The notes under the pieces are model-generated. The model was not told the origin of the DNA. It was given only the letters and a program-made list of their open reading frames with translations, and made no database searches. A stretch of DNA of 53,481 nucleotides from an uncultured Bdellovibrionales bacterium (GTDB lineage: Bacteria; Patescibacteriota; Minisyncoccia; Moranbacterales; DUUL01), in NCBI GenBank assembly GCA_964643985.1, contig CAZXUS010000004.1, positions 1-53,481 on the forward strand, read 5' to 3'. Positions 19,420-28,977 of this stretch are shown piece by piece. A program made the position numbers and the translations under genes. Positions within the stretch are counted from its first letter, which is position 1; each line of letters starts with the position of its first letter.

Positions 19420-19515
19420 CATTCATTCAACATTCAATTTACTAACACTCAATAATTACATATTAAAGCATTTAATTATTGAATGATTATTGAATATTGA
19501 GCATTGAGCATTTAA
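19420..19515. repeat. Family C heptamer inverted array
   Basis: cattcaa/cactcaa units opposite ttgaatg/ttgagca units. Confidence 0.6.
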
Positions 19516-19534
19516 AAATTTTCTAAAGAAAATT

Positions 19535-21001
19535 TTAGTAATCTTTTAATTTTTCCATTCCCTTCATCGACCGAATTTTCTCCAAAGCCTTAGCTTCAAT
19601 TTGTCGAATCCGCTCTCTAGTCACTCCAAATTCATTTCCAACTTCTTCTAAAGTATGCATCACACCGTCTTCCAAACCAAATCTGATTCGCAAAATTTTC
19701 TGTTCTCGCAAAGTCAGTTGTTCTAAAACTTCATTTAAATGTTTTTTTAATAAAGTCCGTGAAGCAATTTGACTTGGGGCAATTGAATCAGTATCTTCCA
19801 CAAAATCGCTCAAGACACTGTCACTATCATCTCCACCGATTGAAGTTTCCAAAGAAATAGTTTCTTGAGAAACTTTGATAATATGGCGAACTTTTTTTAC
19901 ATCCAAATTCATTTCAACCGCAATTTCTTCCGGCAATGGCTCTCGTCCTAATTCTTGAACCAAACTTCGAACCACTTGAATATATTTGTTAATCGTTTCT
20001 ACCATATGAACTGGAATTCGAATCGTTCGAGATTGATCAGCAATGGCTCTGGTCACGGCTTGTCTAATCCACCAAGTAGCATAAGTTGAAAATTTATAAC
20101 CCCGTCTATAATCAAATTTTTCTACCGCTCGAAAAAGACCAATATTTCCCTCTTGAATTAAATCCAAAAAAGAAAGGCTGTGACTTCTACCAACATATTT
20201 TTTAGCAATCGAAACTACCAATCGAAGGTTGGCTTCGGTCAATCTTTGCCGTGCCATTTGATCCCCTTTTTCCGTCGCCTTAGCCAAAGAGACCTCTTCG
20301 TCCTGAGATAATAAATTCACTTTACCAATTTCTCGAAGATACATCTGAATTGAATCGGTGTCTTTAAAATCAACTGTATCTTTTATTCGACTTTTAGCAT
20401 CAACCTTCTCTTGCGCTATAACTTCAGCTTTTTCGGCAAGTTCTTTTGAATATCCTTTTTTGGCTTCCGCTTTTTTCTTTTTGGCTTCCGCTTTTTTCTC
20501 GTCTTCTTTGACTTGAATTTCTCTTTCTATTTCGGCCTTGATAACATCTTCTGAAGAAAGAATTTTTACTCCAAATTTCTCCGCTCCATCATAAAAAATT
20601 TCCAATTCCTCAATATCTTTTTCAATATCACCAAACTCATGTAAGATTTCTTCTTCCGTGACAAAACCTCTCTGCTGACCTCTTTTGATTAAATCTTCAA
20701 TCTTCTTATTTTCAAATTTAGCCTCCCGACTTTTGGCTGGTTTTCTTTTAGAAACTGATTTTACCGGTTTTTTTTCAGGTGGTTTTTCATTGGGATTTTT
20801 TTTGACTACTTCCTTCTCAACAACTTCTTTTTTAATCACTTTCTTTTCCACGACTGTTTTCTTAATTTTAGGAATAATTTTCTTAACCAATTTTTTCTTA
20901 TTAGTTTTTTTAAAAATTTCTTTAACTGCATTTTTAAACCCACTCTTTTTTTTCAGAGTGACAGTTTTTGATTTTTTAACGCTACTAACTTTTTTCACCA
21001 T
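19535..21001 (-). CDS. rpoD: Primary sigma factor with Lys-rich N-terminal extension
   Basis: [55 protein letters not shown]. Confidence 0.98.
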   Translation of the reverse strand: MVKKVSSVKKSKTVTLKKKSGFKNAVKEIFKKTNKKKLVKKIIPKIKKTVVEKKVIKKEVVEKEVVKKNPNEKPPEKKPVKSVSKRKPAKSREAKFENKKIEDLIKRGQQRGFVTEEEILHEFGDIEKDIEELEIFYDGAEKFGVKILSSEDVIKAEIEREIQVKEDEKKAEAKKKKAEAKKGYSKELAEKAEVIAQEKVDAKSRIKDTVDFKDTDSIQMYLREIGKVNLLSQDEEVSLAKATEKGDQMARQRLTEANLRLVVSIAKKYVGRSHSLSFLDLIQEGNIGLFRAVEKFDYRRGYKFSTYATWWIRQAVTRAIADQSRTIRIPVHMVETINKYIQVVRSLVQELGREPLPEEIAVEMNLDVKKVRHIIKVSQETISLETSIGGDDSDSVLSDFVEDTDSIAPSQIASRTLLKKHLNEVLEQLTLREQKILRIRFGLEDGVMHTLEEVGNEFGVTRERIRQIEAKALEKIRSMKGMEKLKDY

Positions 21002-21002
21002 A

Positions 21003-22787
21003 TTATTTTTTTAATTTTTCTAAATCTTTAGAAATTTTTGAAAATTCTTCCATTAAAAAATCCAGGCCTTCCTCATCTTCATTTTCCTCGGCTGTTTTTA
21101 TGTCTTTTATGATGTTAGCTAAGGCTTCTTCTTTTCTAAACAATTTCAACTGTTTACAAACCTCTTTCCAATCCAGAACAGGATCTATCTGATTCTGCTC
21201 CAAGCCTTCCGCGTTATAAACATAATCGATTTGAGCTTCTAATTGACTCAATTTAAGAGCAATTTTCTTGGTTTTACCTGCTGAAATTTTATTCCAAAAA
21301 CCCTGATGTTCTTGATCTAATAAATTTATCTCAAAAGCTTTTATCTGCTTTCCCAATTCTTTTGGATACAAAACAACCAATCCCAAGATTCTTTCTTGTA
21401 ATTGGATTATTTTTGGCTTTCCAGTCTCAATCCCTTTGTCAGTTTGAACTGTCGGCGCTTTCTGATTTACTTTATCCTCTTTGATTTTAACTCTTTCTAG
21501 CACTTCAGTCAACGTATCTTCTGAAACATCCAGCTTATCAGACAGTTTTCTGATCCAATAACTTTGCTCAATCAAATCCGAAATATCCTTAATGATATTT
21601 AATAACTTGTGGGCAATTATTTTTTTACCCTTCGGATTTTCCTTGTCATTTTCTTCAATAACCTTCGAAAAAAAATAGTCCGTCACTTGCCTGGAATTTT
21701 TAATAGCTTTTTTCCAAGCCGGAACATCTTCAATTACCAAATCATTCACGTCTTTAAATCCCTCCGGCAATAATATTATTTCAGCGTCGATATCCTCCGA
21801 CAAACAAAGTTGAACACTTTTGGTAGCCGCTTTTTGTCCAGCCTCATCCATATCAAAACAAAGTTTAAAATTTTTGGTATATCTTTTAAGAATATTAATT
21901 TGATCTGGCGTCAAAGCCGTTCCGGAAACTGCTACTACATTTTTCACCCCAGCGCTAAAAGAAGAAACTACATCCAGATTTCCCTCCACAATTATTACAA
22001 AATCTTGCTTTTTTATTTCCAATTTCGCTTGGCTCAACCCATAAATTACTTTACTTTTATCATAAATTGGGGATTGTGAAGTATTGATATATTTAGCATT
22101 TTTTTCATCCCCACCAGGTACTACTCGAGCCGAATAACCAACCACTCGATCAGCCACGTCAATAACTGGAAACATAATCCGATTTCGAAAACGGTCATAG
22201 TAGTCCGCCTTGTTAGCTCCAGAAGTTCCATCTTTCTGAACCATTAATCCCGAACGAGCAATATCAGCCAAATTAAAATTACGACTCAAGAGAAATTCTA
22301 ATAATTTCGTCCAAGCATCCGGCGCAAATCCGATTCTAAAATCCTTGAATTGCGCTAATTTAATTTTTCGATTTTTCAAATAATCTTTTATCGGCTGTGC
22401 TTTTTTCGATTTTTCAAATTGATACTGATAAAATTTGCTAGAAATTTCTAAAATTTCATATAATTTTTGTTTTTGGCTTTTTTCTTCCGGATTAACTTTT
22501 TGAAATTTTGGCAACTCTACTCCGGTTCGCTCCGCTAATCTCTCCAAGGCCTCCCTAAATTCCAAACCTTCAATCTCCATTAAGAAAGAAAATATATCAC
22601 CGCCTTTTTGGCAACCAAAACAATACCAGAAATTTCTTTCAGCATTGACCATAAAAGAGGGAGTTTTTTCATTATGAAAAGGACACAATGCCTTATAATT
22701 CGTACCAGATTTTTCCAACTTTAAATATTCTCCGATTAATTCCGAGACATTCAATCTTTCCTTAACTTGTTCAACCGCGTCAGCCAC
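21003..22787 (-). CDS. dnaG: DNA primase
   Basis: [15 protein letters not shown] Zn finger, [25 protein letters not shown] and FDMDEAG. Confidence 0.98.
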   Translation of the reverse strand: MADAVEQVKERLNVSELIGEYLKLEKSGTNYKALCPFHNEKTPSFMVNAERNFWYCFGCQKGGDIFSFLMEIEGLEFREALERLAERTGVELPKFQKVNPEEKSQKQKLYEILEISSKFYQYQFEKSKKAQPIKDYLKNRKIKLAQFKDFRIGFAPDAWTKLLEFLLSRNFNLADIARSGLMVQKDGTSGANKADYYDRFRNRIMFPVIDVADRVVGYSARVVPGGDEKNAKYINTSQSPIYDKSKVIYGLSQAKLEIKKQDFVIIVEGNLDVVSSFSAGVKNVVAVSGTALTPDQINILKRYTKNFKLCFDMDEAGQKAATKSVQLCLSEDIDAEIILLPEGFKDVNDLVIEDVPAWKKAIKNSRQVTDYFFSKVIEENDKENPKGKKIIAHKLLNIIKDISDLIEQSYWIRKLSDKLDVSEDTLTEVLERVKIKEDKVNQKAPTVQTDKGIETGKPKIIQLQERILGLVVLYPKELGKQIKAFEINLLDQEHQGFWNKISAGKTKKIALKLSQLEAQIDYVYNAEGLEQNQIDPVLDWKEVCKQLKLFRKEEALANIIKDIKTAEENEDEEGLDFLMEEFSKISKDLEKLKK

Positions 22788-22854
22788 TTTGATTTATTAC
22801 TGATTTAAAAGTTAGTATAGACTAAAAAGATTATTAAATCCAGCAAATTTTGTT

Positions 22855-23030
22855 TATTCAAAATTACTCAAAGCTTCCGCCTAGGTAAACGAAGCGAGAC
22901 AGGCAAATTATTCCAAATTATTCCAAATCAAATTCAAAACCTAAAATCTAAATGACAAAATTTGGATTTTGAACATTTGACATTTGGATTTGATTTGATA
23001 TTTGAAACAATTTGAGCTTTGAAATTACAA
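22855..23030. repeat. Composite family C array with family A hairpin (22876-22904)
   Basis: ttccaaa/ttcaaaa units opposite tttggat/tttgaca units; tccgcctagg..gcgagacaggc inside. Confidence 0.65.
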
Positions 23031-23036
23031 AAGACT

Positions 23037-24176
23037 TTAATCTGTCTTCGGTCTCTCAATCTCAACCCGCTCTGTTATTTCCCCTGCTTTTTTATCGGCA
23101 ATTCGTAGAACATCTTTGTCAACTTTACCCAACTCCTTACTAGCATGATTATAGTGGTTGACCGTCGTTGACAAAGAACTCCCCACTTTTCCAAAAAATT
23201 CTTCATAACTTTTCAAATGTCGTCCCAATTTTTCCACATTTTTTTGAATATGCTTAGCCGATTCTTCAATTTGTAAAGACCGCAAACCTTGTAAAACCGT
23301 TTGCAAATAAGCCAAGAAAGAAGTCGGGGAAACAATCACCACGTGTTTTTCCTTGAAAGCGTATTCCACTAAATCTCGATGAGCCGCTCCCACTCGCTTA
23401 ATTAACAAATCATAATAAATTGATTCCGAAGGAATAAACATAAAAGCAAAATCCATTGTTTTTTCTTTGGGCTTAATGTATTTAGAAGTTTCATCAATTC
23501 GATTTTTTAAATCTTGATTGAAATCTTTGATCAAGCCTTCTCGATCCTCCTTTTTGCATTTCAAAAGTTTTTCGTATTTTTCCAAAGAAAATTTGGAATC
23601 AACTGGAATAATTTTGTCTTTTACAAAAATCACCGCATCCACAATCACGCCATCTTTGAATTTATATTGCATCTGAAAATTATGGGGTGGCAAAACATTT
23701 TTCAAAGTTTCTTCCAAAAAATATTCCCCTAAAACTCCTCGTTGTTTGGGATTTTTCAAAATATCTTGTAAATCTTTTAATTGCGAAGAAAAATTAACCA
23801 CCTGCTTATTAGTCTCATCTAACTTAGTCAATTTTTCCGTGACAGCTTGAATGGACCGATTGGAATGTTTGCTCATTTCATTAAACTGAGTGTTAATTTG
23901 CTCGAACAAACTCCGACTTTCTTTGGACAAACCTTTGGACATTTCTTGAAAAACTTGATTACTGTCTTTTAACTGTCCTTTGGTAATTTTATTTATTTCC
24001 GACAACTTGTGATCCATAATTTCCGACATCTGACTCATTCGCTGTTGCATCATCAACATTGATTTGTCATCTGTTGAGCCTTTTTTCAACTCCACTAATT
24101 TTTGATTCAATACAAAAATCGCTCCAACCACGAGAACGGTTAGAATTATTAAGACTATTATTAGTAAGATGTTCAT
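23037..24176 (-). CDS. rmuC: DNA recombination protein RmuC
   Basis: N-terminal TM, coiled coil, RGVLGE, PVDSKFSL, DFAFMFIPSESIY. Confidence 0.95.
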   Translation of the reverse strand: MNILLIIVLIILTVLVVGAIFVLNQKLVELKKGSTDDKSMLMMQQRMSQMSEIMDHKLSEINKITKGQLKDSNQVFQEMSKGLSKESRSLFEQINTQFNEMSKHSNRSIQAVTEKLTKLDETNKQVVNFSSQLKDLQDILKNPKQRGVLGEYFLEETLKNVLPPHNFQMQYKFKDGVIVDAVIFVKDKIIPVDSKFSLEKYEKLLKCKKEDREGLIKDFNQDLKNRIDETSKYIKPKEKTMDFAFMFIPSESIYYDLLIKRVGAAHRDLVEYAFKEKHVVIVSPTSFLAYLQTVLQGLRSLQIEESAKHIQKNVEKLGRHLKSYEEFFGKVGSSLSTTVNHYNHASKELGKVDKDVLRIADKKAGEITERVEIERPKTD

Positions 24177-24199
24177 ACAACTATTTTATTTAATAAAAT

Positions 24200-24380
24200 A
24201 AATTTTCAATTCACAATTTTCAATTTTTCCACCTCGGCAAACGACGCGAGACGGACAATCAATTTACAATGATTTAATTTTCAATTTTCAATTTTTTATG
24301 CGAACGCAGTTCGCATTCATTGTAAATTTAAAAATTAAAAATTGATTGAAAATTGGTTTATTGTAAATTGTAAATTTTAT
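24200..24380. repeat. Composite family C inverted array with family A hairpin (24228-24256) and central GC hairpin
   Basis: ttttcaa units, central tgcgaacgcagttcgca, then attgtaa/attgaaa units. Confidence 0.75.
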
Positions 24381-24455
24381 ATTTTAACTATCGATTCTTA
24401 CTTTTTTCAAGTCTTACCATTATACATCAAAAAACCCTGATTCCCAAGAATTCTA

Positions 24456-24516
24456 TTGACAATTATCTCTTTTTGTGCTATAGTTATAGATTAGTAGAAA
24501 AACCAGCTCATTAACT
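24456..24516 (+). promoter_or_regulatory. sigma70 promoter plus boxA-like motif
   Basis: TTGACA-17-TATAGT with TG extension; GCTCATTAAC at 24506. Confidence 0.7.
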
Positions 24517-24543
24517 TTGATATTTATAAAAAAGGAGTCTCTC

Positions 24544-24789
24544 ATGTCTGAAAAAGAAACGAAAAAACTAAACAGAGCAATAACACTCATCTCAACGGGT
24601 GTTATCGGTAGCCTATTTTCAGTTACAAGTGGAATTTTTTTGTTAGCCCTTGCTTTGAAAAACCTCGGTCTCTCAAATAATGGAGAATTTTTGGCAGGCG
24701 TATTTTTCCTTGCCATGGGAATTATAGGCTCCGTATTAACGTTCAAAGACCTACTACTCTTACTGATAAAAAAGAGTGCTCTCAGCTAA
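24544..24789 (+). CDS. Small two-TM membrane protein
   Basis: ATG 24544 after SD AAGGAG; hairpin plus T-tract at 24802-24840. Confidence 0.7.
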   Translation: MSEKETKKLNRAITLISTGVIGSLFSVTSGIFLLALALKNLGLSNNGEFLAGVFFLAMGIIGSVLTFKDLLLLLIKKSALS

Positions 24790-24904
24790 GAAAACTCTCG
24801 GAAAGCCGACCCCAGAATTATTGGGATAATAGGCTTTTTTATTTGGAAAAATAACCACTTCGCTAAATTTTTAAATTTTAAATTGATAAAATAGCTTCAA
24901 ATTT

Positions 24905-24932
24905 CTGGATTCCCGCCTCCGCGGGAATGACA
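24905..24932. repeat. dRS3-like palindrome ATTCCC-N8-GGGAAT
   Basis: ctggattcccgcctccgcgggaatgaca. Confidence 0.8.
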
Positions 24933-24954
24933 AAGCGCAAACCAAAATAATAAA

Positions 24955-25060
24955 GTTTTAAGTTTTAAAATTAAATCATTCGAAATTAATTCGAAATTCA
25001 AAATTCGAAATTCAAAATTTTATTTTGTATACTCAATACTTGATACTTCATACTCAATAC
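24955..25060. repeat. Family C heptamer repeats
   Basis: ttcgaaa/ttcaaaa units; tactcaa-tacttga-tacttca-tactcaa. Confidence 0.65.
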
Positions 25061-25983
25061 TATATTCGCACTCCCGTCTCCTTCAAATCCTCCACCCTCT
25101 CCCATTCTTCATCCACTTTATCTTGAATATTTTTTATTAAAGCATCTTTATCCACGCTTTTAAAAATATGTTTAAACCTTCCCTGCGTCCCCAAAAATTC
25201 TTCAATTTTAATTTTGGTTTTTGGTTTATAATTAATTTTGTATTCTCCATTAACAATTTCGTAAAGTGGCCAAAAATTAGTTTCAGTTCCCAATTTAGCG
25301 ATTTCAATAGTTTTATGAGGAGCATGTTGCCACTGATTAGGACAAGGTGAAAAAACTAAAATAAAAGAAGGGCCTTTAGTTTCAAAAGCTTTTTTAACTT
25401 TAGCTTGAAAATCGTCAATAAATCCAACATTAGCGGTTGCCAAATAACCGATATGATGACCGGCCACAATCGTCATTAAATCTTTTCGATCCACTTCTTT
25501 ACCGAAAGATTCTTTTCCAGCTGGAGTAGTTTCAGTTGAAGCACCAAAGGGTGTTCCACCACTTCTCTGATTTCCCGTATTCATATAAGCACCATTATCA
25601 TAGCAAACATATAGAAAGTCGTGTTTTCGCTCCAAAGCTCCCGATAAAGCTTGCAATCCGATATCATAAGTTCCGCCGTCCCCTCCAAAAGCCACAAATT
25701 TAACTGGTTTGTCAGTTTTGATTTTTCCTTTTTTCAACAAAGCTTTGTAGGCCGTTTCCATTCCCGAAACCGTCGCCCCAGCATTCCCAAAAACGCTATG
25801 AATATAGGGCACTTTCCAAGAAGTGTTAGGATAGATAGTAGTAGTCACTTCCATACAACCAGTAGCATTTGTCACAGCAATTGGATTATTAGTGCCATTC
25901 AAAACAGTTCTGGCAATAATTCCGATTGGACAACCGGCACAAGTTCCGGAAGTAGTGAACTTTTGATTTTCTTTTTTAGACAT
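25060..25983 (-). CDS. porB: Pyruvate:ferredoxin oxidoreductase beta subunit
   Basis: CAGC, ATGCMEV, GGDGGTYDIG..DNGAYMNTG TPP motif, SPCP. Confidence 0.93.
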   Translation of the reverse strand: MSKKENQKFTTSGTCAGCPIGIIARTVLNGTNNPIAVTNATGCMEVTTTIYPNTSWKVPYIHSVFGNAGATVSGMETAYKALLKKGKIKTDKPVKFVAFGGDGGTYDIGLQALSGALERKHDFLYVCYDNGAYMNTGNQRSGGTPFGASTETTPAGKESFGKEVDRKDLMTIVAGHHIGYLATANVGFIDDFQAKVKKAFETKGPSFILVFSPCPNQWQHAPHKTIEIAKLGTETNFWPLYEIVNGEYKINYKPKTKIKIEEFLGTQGRFKHIFKSVDKDALIKNIQDKVDEEWERVEDLKETGVRI

Positions 25984-26004
25984 ATTTAAATTATTAATTT
26001 AAAA

Positions 26005-26150
26005 ATTACAAATCCAAAATTCCAAATTCCAAATAAATCACAATTTTCAAAATCTCAATGCTCAAAACTTGGCTTCGAAAATGTTTTGAATTTAAAAGAT
26101 TGTAATTTGGTGCTTATTTGTTATTTGTAATTTATTATTTGGTGCTTAAA
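26005..26150. repeat. Family C inverted array inside the por operon
   Basis: ttccaaa units opposite atttggt/atttgtt/atttgta units. Confidence 0.65.
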
Positions 26151-26157
26151 TTTTACT

Positions 26158-27291
26158 TCACATCATAAAATAAGGCTGATTTTCATTTTTATTCAAAAAT
26201 ATTTTCTCAATATCTTTCTCATAAATATCTCTTCCTCCCAAACCATAAACTACACTCTCCGGTTCGGCACCTAGGGCCTTCTGAACTTCGCCTGCTAAGA
26301 CTTGTCCCGTTCCAAAAGTCATGTTTCGGTCCATCGTTATCACTCGTTTGATTCCCTTTAACGCTTTTTTGACTTCCTCGAAAGGGAACGGTCTAAATAA
26401 TCTAATTTTTAACAAGCCCACTTTTTGACCATCAGCTCGCATTTTATCCACCATACTGGAAATCGTTCCGCAAGTTGAACCTATAGCAACCATGACTGTT
26501 TCCGCGTCTTCAGTTTTATAAGTTTCAATTTGTTCGTATTTTCGACCTGACATTTCGCCAAACTCTTTGGCTACTTTATCAAATTCATCTGAAGCTTTTT
26601 CCATCGCATCATAAATTTGTTTTCGAAATTCAAAATAACTATCAGGCAAAGCAATCGAACCAAAAGTTTTAGGTTTTTCAAAATCCATCAAGTGTTGCTC
26701 TGGTTTGTATTCACCAATAAATTTAAAAATGATGCCATCATTCAAAAGTTCTAAATTTTCAACACTATGAGAGAGAATAAAACCATCTAGATTAATCGTC
26801 GCTGGTAATAAAACTTTTTCAGCCAATTTAAGAGCAATAAAAGTATTATCATAAGCCTCTTGAGCATTTTCTGAAAAAATTTGAATCCAACCAGTATCTC
26901 GCATTGCCATCGCATCCGAATGATCACAATGAATATTAAGCGGTCCAGAAATCGCCCGATTAGCCACCGCCATCACAATCGGCAATCGCATCGCTGAAGC
27001 CACTGGCAAAACTTCCATCATATACATAATTCCCTGAGAAGCCGAGGCCGTCATTGTCCGCGCTCCAGAAGCCGAAGCCCCAATACAAGCACTCATCGCA
27101 CTGTGTTCAGACTCCACTTGAATCATTTCAGTATCCGCTTTTCCATCAGCTACTTTTTTTGCCAAATATTCCACAATCGGAGTTTGAGGCGTGATCGGAT
27201 AAACCGCCATCACATCTGGATTGATTTGAGTCATCGCTTCTCCAACTGCAAATCCGCCTGTTAAAGCTACTTTTTTATTTTTATTTATCAT
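26158..27291 (-). CDS. porA: Pyruvate:ferredoxin oxidoreductase alpha subunit
   Basis: YPITPQT, ESEHSAM, NIHCDHSD, FRPFP, YGLGGRD. Confidence 0.95.
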   Translation of the reverse strand: MINKNKKVALTGGFAVGEAMTQINPDVMAVYPITPQTPIVEYLAKKVADGKADTEMIQVESEHSAMSACIGASASGARTMTASASQGIMYMMEVLPVASAMRLPIVMAVANRAISGPLNIHCDHSDAMAMRDTGWIQIFSENAQEAYDNTFIALKLAEKVLLPATINLDGFILSHSVENLELLNDGIIFKFIGEYKPEQHLMDFEKPKTFGSIALPDSYFEFRKQIYDAMEKASDEFDKVAKEFGEMSGRKYEQIETYKTEDAETVMVAIGSTCGTISSMVDKMRADGQKVGLLKIRLFRPFPFEEVKKALKGIKRVITMDRNMTFGTGQVLAGEVQKALGAEPESVVYGLGGRDIYEKDIEKIFLNKNENQPYFMM

Positions 27292-27363
27292 AATTAATTT
27301 AATAAATTAAGATGCGAGAATATGGCACACAAATAGAAACTTGTTTGATTGACTTTTGGTGTA

Positions 27364-27443
27364 GGTCATCAGTAATCGGTAATTAATAATCAAATTTTTT
27401 CTTTTATATAAATTTGATGACCGATGGCTGTTGACCGATAACA
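27364..27443. repeat. Short 7-mer inverted array
   Basis: gtcatcagtaatcggtaat opposite gatgaccgat..gaccgataac; related to 18143-18170. Confidence 0.5.
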
Positions 27444-27452
27444 AAATCTGTA

Positions 27453-28133
27453 TCAATCCTTAGAAACAATTTTTATAAATTTTATCACTTCTCCAAAATT
27501 TTTAACTACCTTGTCCGCTAAATCTATCACATTTTTTCTCGAAATATTTTCAGTGTAAACCAAAAAATAGTCTGCCTCGTCTTCTCTTTTGATTTCATAA
27601 TCAGTCCAACCATCCCCAACTGCAAAAACCATTCCCTTCAAATTTAAAGCTTCAACTTGCTTAACTTTGCCTTGCGTTTTAGCTAAAAAATTATTTTCAT
27701 TAATTCCAATAATTTTCCCTTGCTTATCAAGCACAAATTCATTAGCAAAAACATTTTCTTCAGAAATTCCAAGTTCATTAGTAGCTGGCAAAATATATTC
27801 CTTAAAACCGCCCGATACTATAAAAATTTGTTGTTTATTTTCCTTGAAAAATTCCTTATTAGCCAAAAACGAATCAGAAATATTTTCTTTCATTTTCTGT
27901 GCTATTTTTTCAATATCGACTTGACTGGCTGAGAAAAGTTTCAAACGACTTCTCAAAGATTTTAAAAAGGAAATTTCACCTCTCATTCCCCTTTTTGTAA
28001 TTTCTTCAATTTCTTTTTGAATTTCTTTTCTTCGAGGATTTTTTGTCAAAACTTCTTTGGCTAATTCATCCAAAGTTTCCAATTTAACAAAAGTGCTATC
28101 AAAATCTATGATTAAAAAATTACCCGAAGTCAT
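27453..28133 (-). CDS. HAD-IB family phosphatase (SerB-like)
   Basis: IDFDSTF motif I, VSGGF motif II, K, VGDGWTD motif IV. Confidence 0.9.
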   Translation of the reverse strand: MTSGNFLIIDFDSTFVKLETLDELAKEVLTKNPRRKEIQKEIEEITKRGMRGEISFLKSLRSRLKLFSASQVDIEKIAQKMKENISDSFLANKEFFKENKQQIFIVSGGFKEYILPATNELGISEENVFANEFVLDKQGKIIGINENNFLAKTQGKVKQVEALNLKGMVFAVGDGWTDYEIKREDEADYFLVYTENISRKNVIDLADKVVKNFGEVIKFIKIVSKD

Positions 28134-28149
28134 TCTTGCTTTTTATAAA

Positions 28150-28428
28150 TTAGCTTTCTTTTTTAACCATTTCAATCGCCTTAACTGGACAAATTTCAGA
28201 ACACAATTCACAACCTTTGCAATATCGATAATCAACCACCGCTTTATTCTTCCCGTTAACTTCTTCTATTTTAATAGCCCCTTCTGGACAAAATTTTGTA
28301 CATTGTCCACAAGCGATACATTTATCACTAACTTCTGGTTTAATTTCTGACCATTCGCCAGTTGGTGGATAATTTTTTTCATCATTTTCAATTACGCCAC
28401 CGAGTTCTTGCCCTTTTTTATTCTTCAT
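28150..28428 (-). CDS. porD: Pyruvate:ferredoxin oxidoreductase delta subunit (2x[4Fe-4S])
   Basis: TGEW, CIACGQCTKFCP, CKGCELCSEICP; ATG 28428 overlaps the gamma subunit stop. Confidence 0.9.
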   Translation of the reverse strand: MKNKKGQELGGVIENDEKNYPPTGEWSEIKPEVSDKCIACGQCTKFCPEGAIKIEEVNGKNKAVVDYRYCKGCELCSEICPVKAIEMVKKES

Positions 28429-28975
28429 AAGCCACTTTAATTGCATTAATATTTTTATTAGTTTTCTCGGAACCAATTTTTTCCTCATATTTAATACGAA
28501 AAACTTTCACTAAGTTTTCTAATTTAACTGCTTTTGTCACTACTGAAAATTTACCTATAATCACTGTATTGGGTCGATTCTCACCTACTATTTTCATCGC
28601 CAAGCCCGAAGCATCAACAATAATTAATTTACCTTTAAATTTAATTTCAGTCAAAATTTCCTCTTTAGTTTTTCGAGTATTGATTATCAAAAACGAATCT
28701 GAACTTAAATTTTCGAAACCGTCAAAAACTTCCAATAAAGTTTCGTCTAAAACCATAAAACAATCTGGATTAGTAATCGGTTCTCTTGTTTTAATCGGTT
28801 TGTCAAAAATTCTGACAAAAGTTTGAACTGGGGCACCACTTCGCTCTGGCCCAAATTCAGGAAAAGCCTGAACATATTTGTCTTCCAATAAAGCTCCTTG
28901 AGCAATTATTTCAGCCGTGGTTTTTGCTCCCTGTCCTCCCCGACCATAAATTATTATTTCAAATATTTTTTCCAT
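28418..28975 (-). CDS. porC: Pyruvate:ferredoxin oxidoreductase gamma subunit
   Basis: GRGGQGAKT, QAFPEFGPERSGAPV, PNT. Confidence 0.93.
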   Translation of the reverse strand: MEKIFEIIIYGRGGQGAKTTAEIIAQGALLEDKYVQAFPEFGPERSGAPVQTFVRIFDKPIKTREPITNPDCFMVLDETLLEVFDGFENLSSDSFLIINTRKTKEEILTEIKFKGKLIIVDASGLAMKIVGENRPNTVIIGKFSVVTKAVKLENLVKVFRIKYEEKIGSEKTNKNINAIKVAYEE

Positions 28976-28977
28976 TT

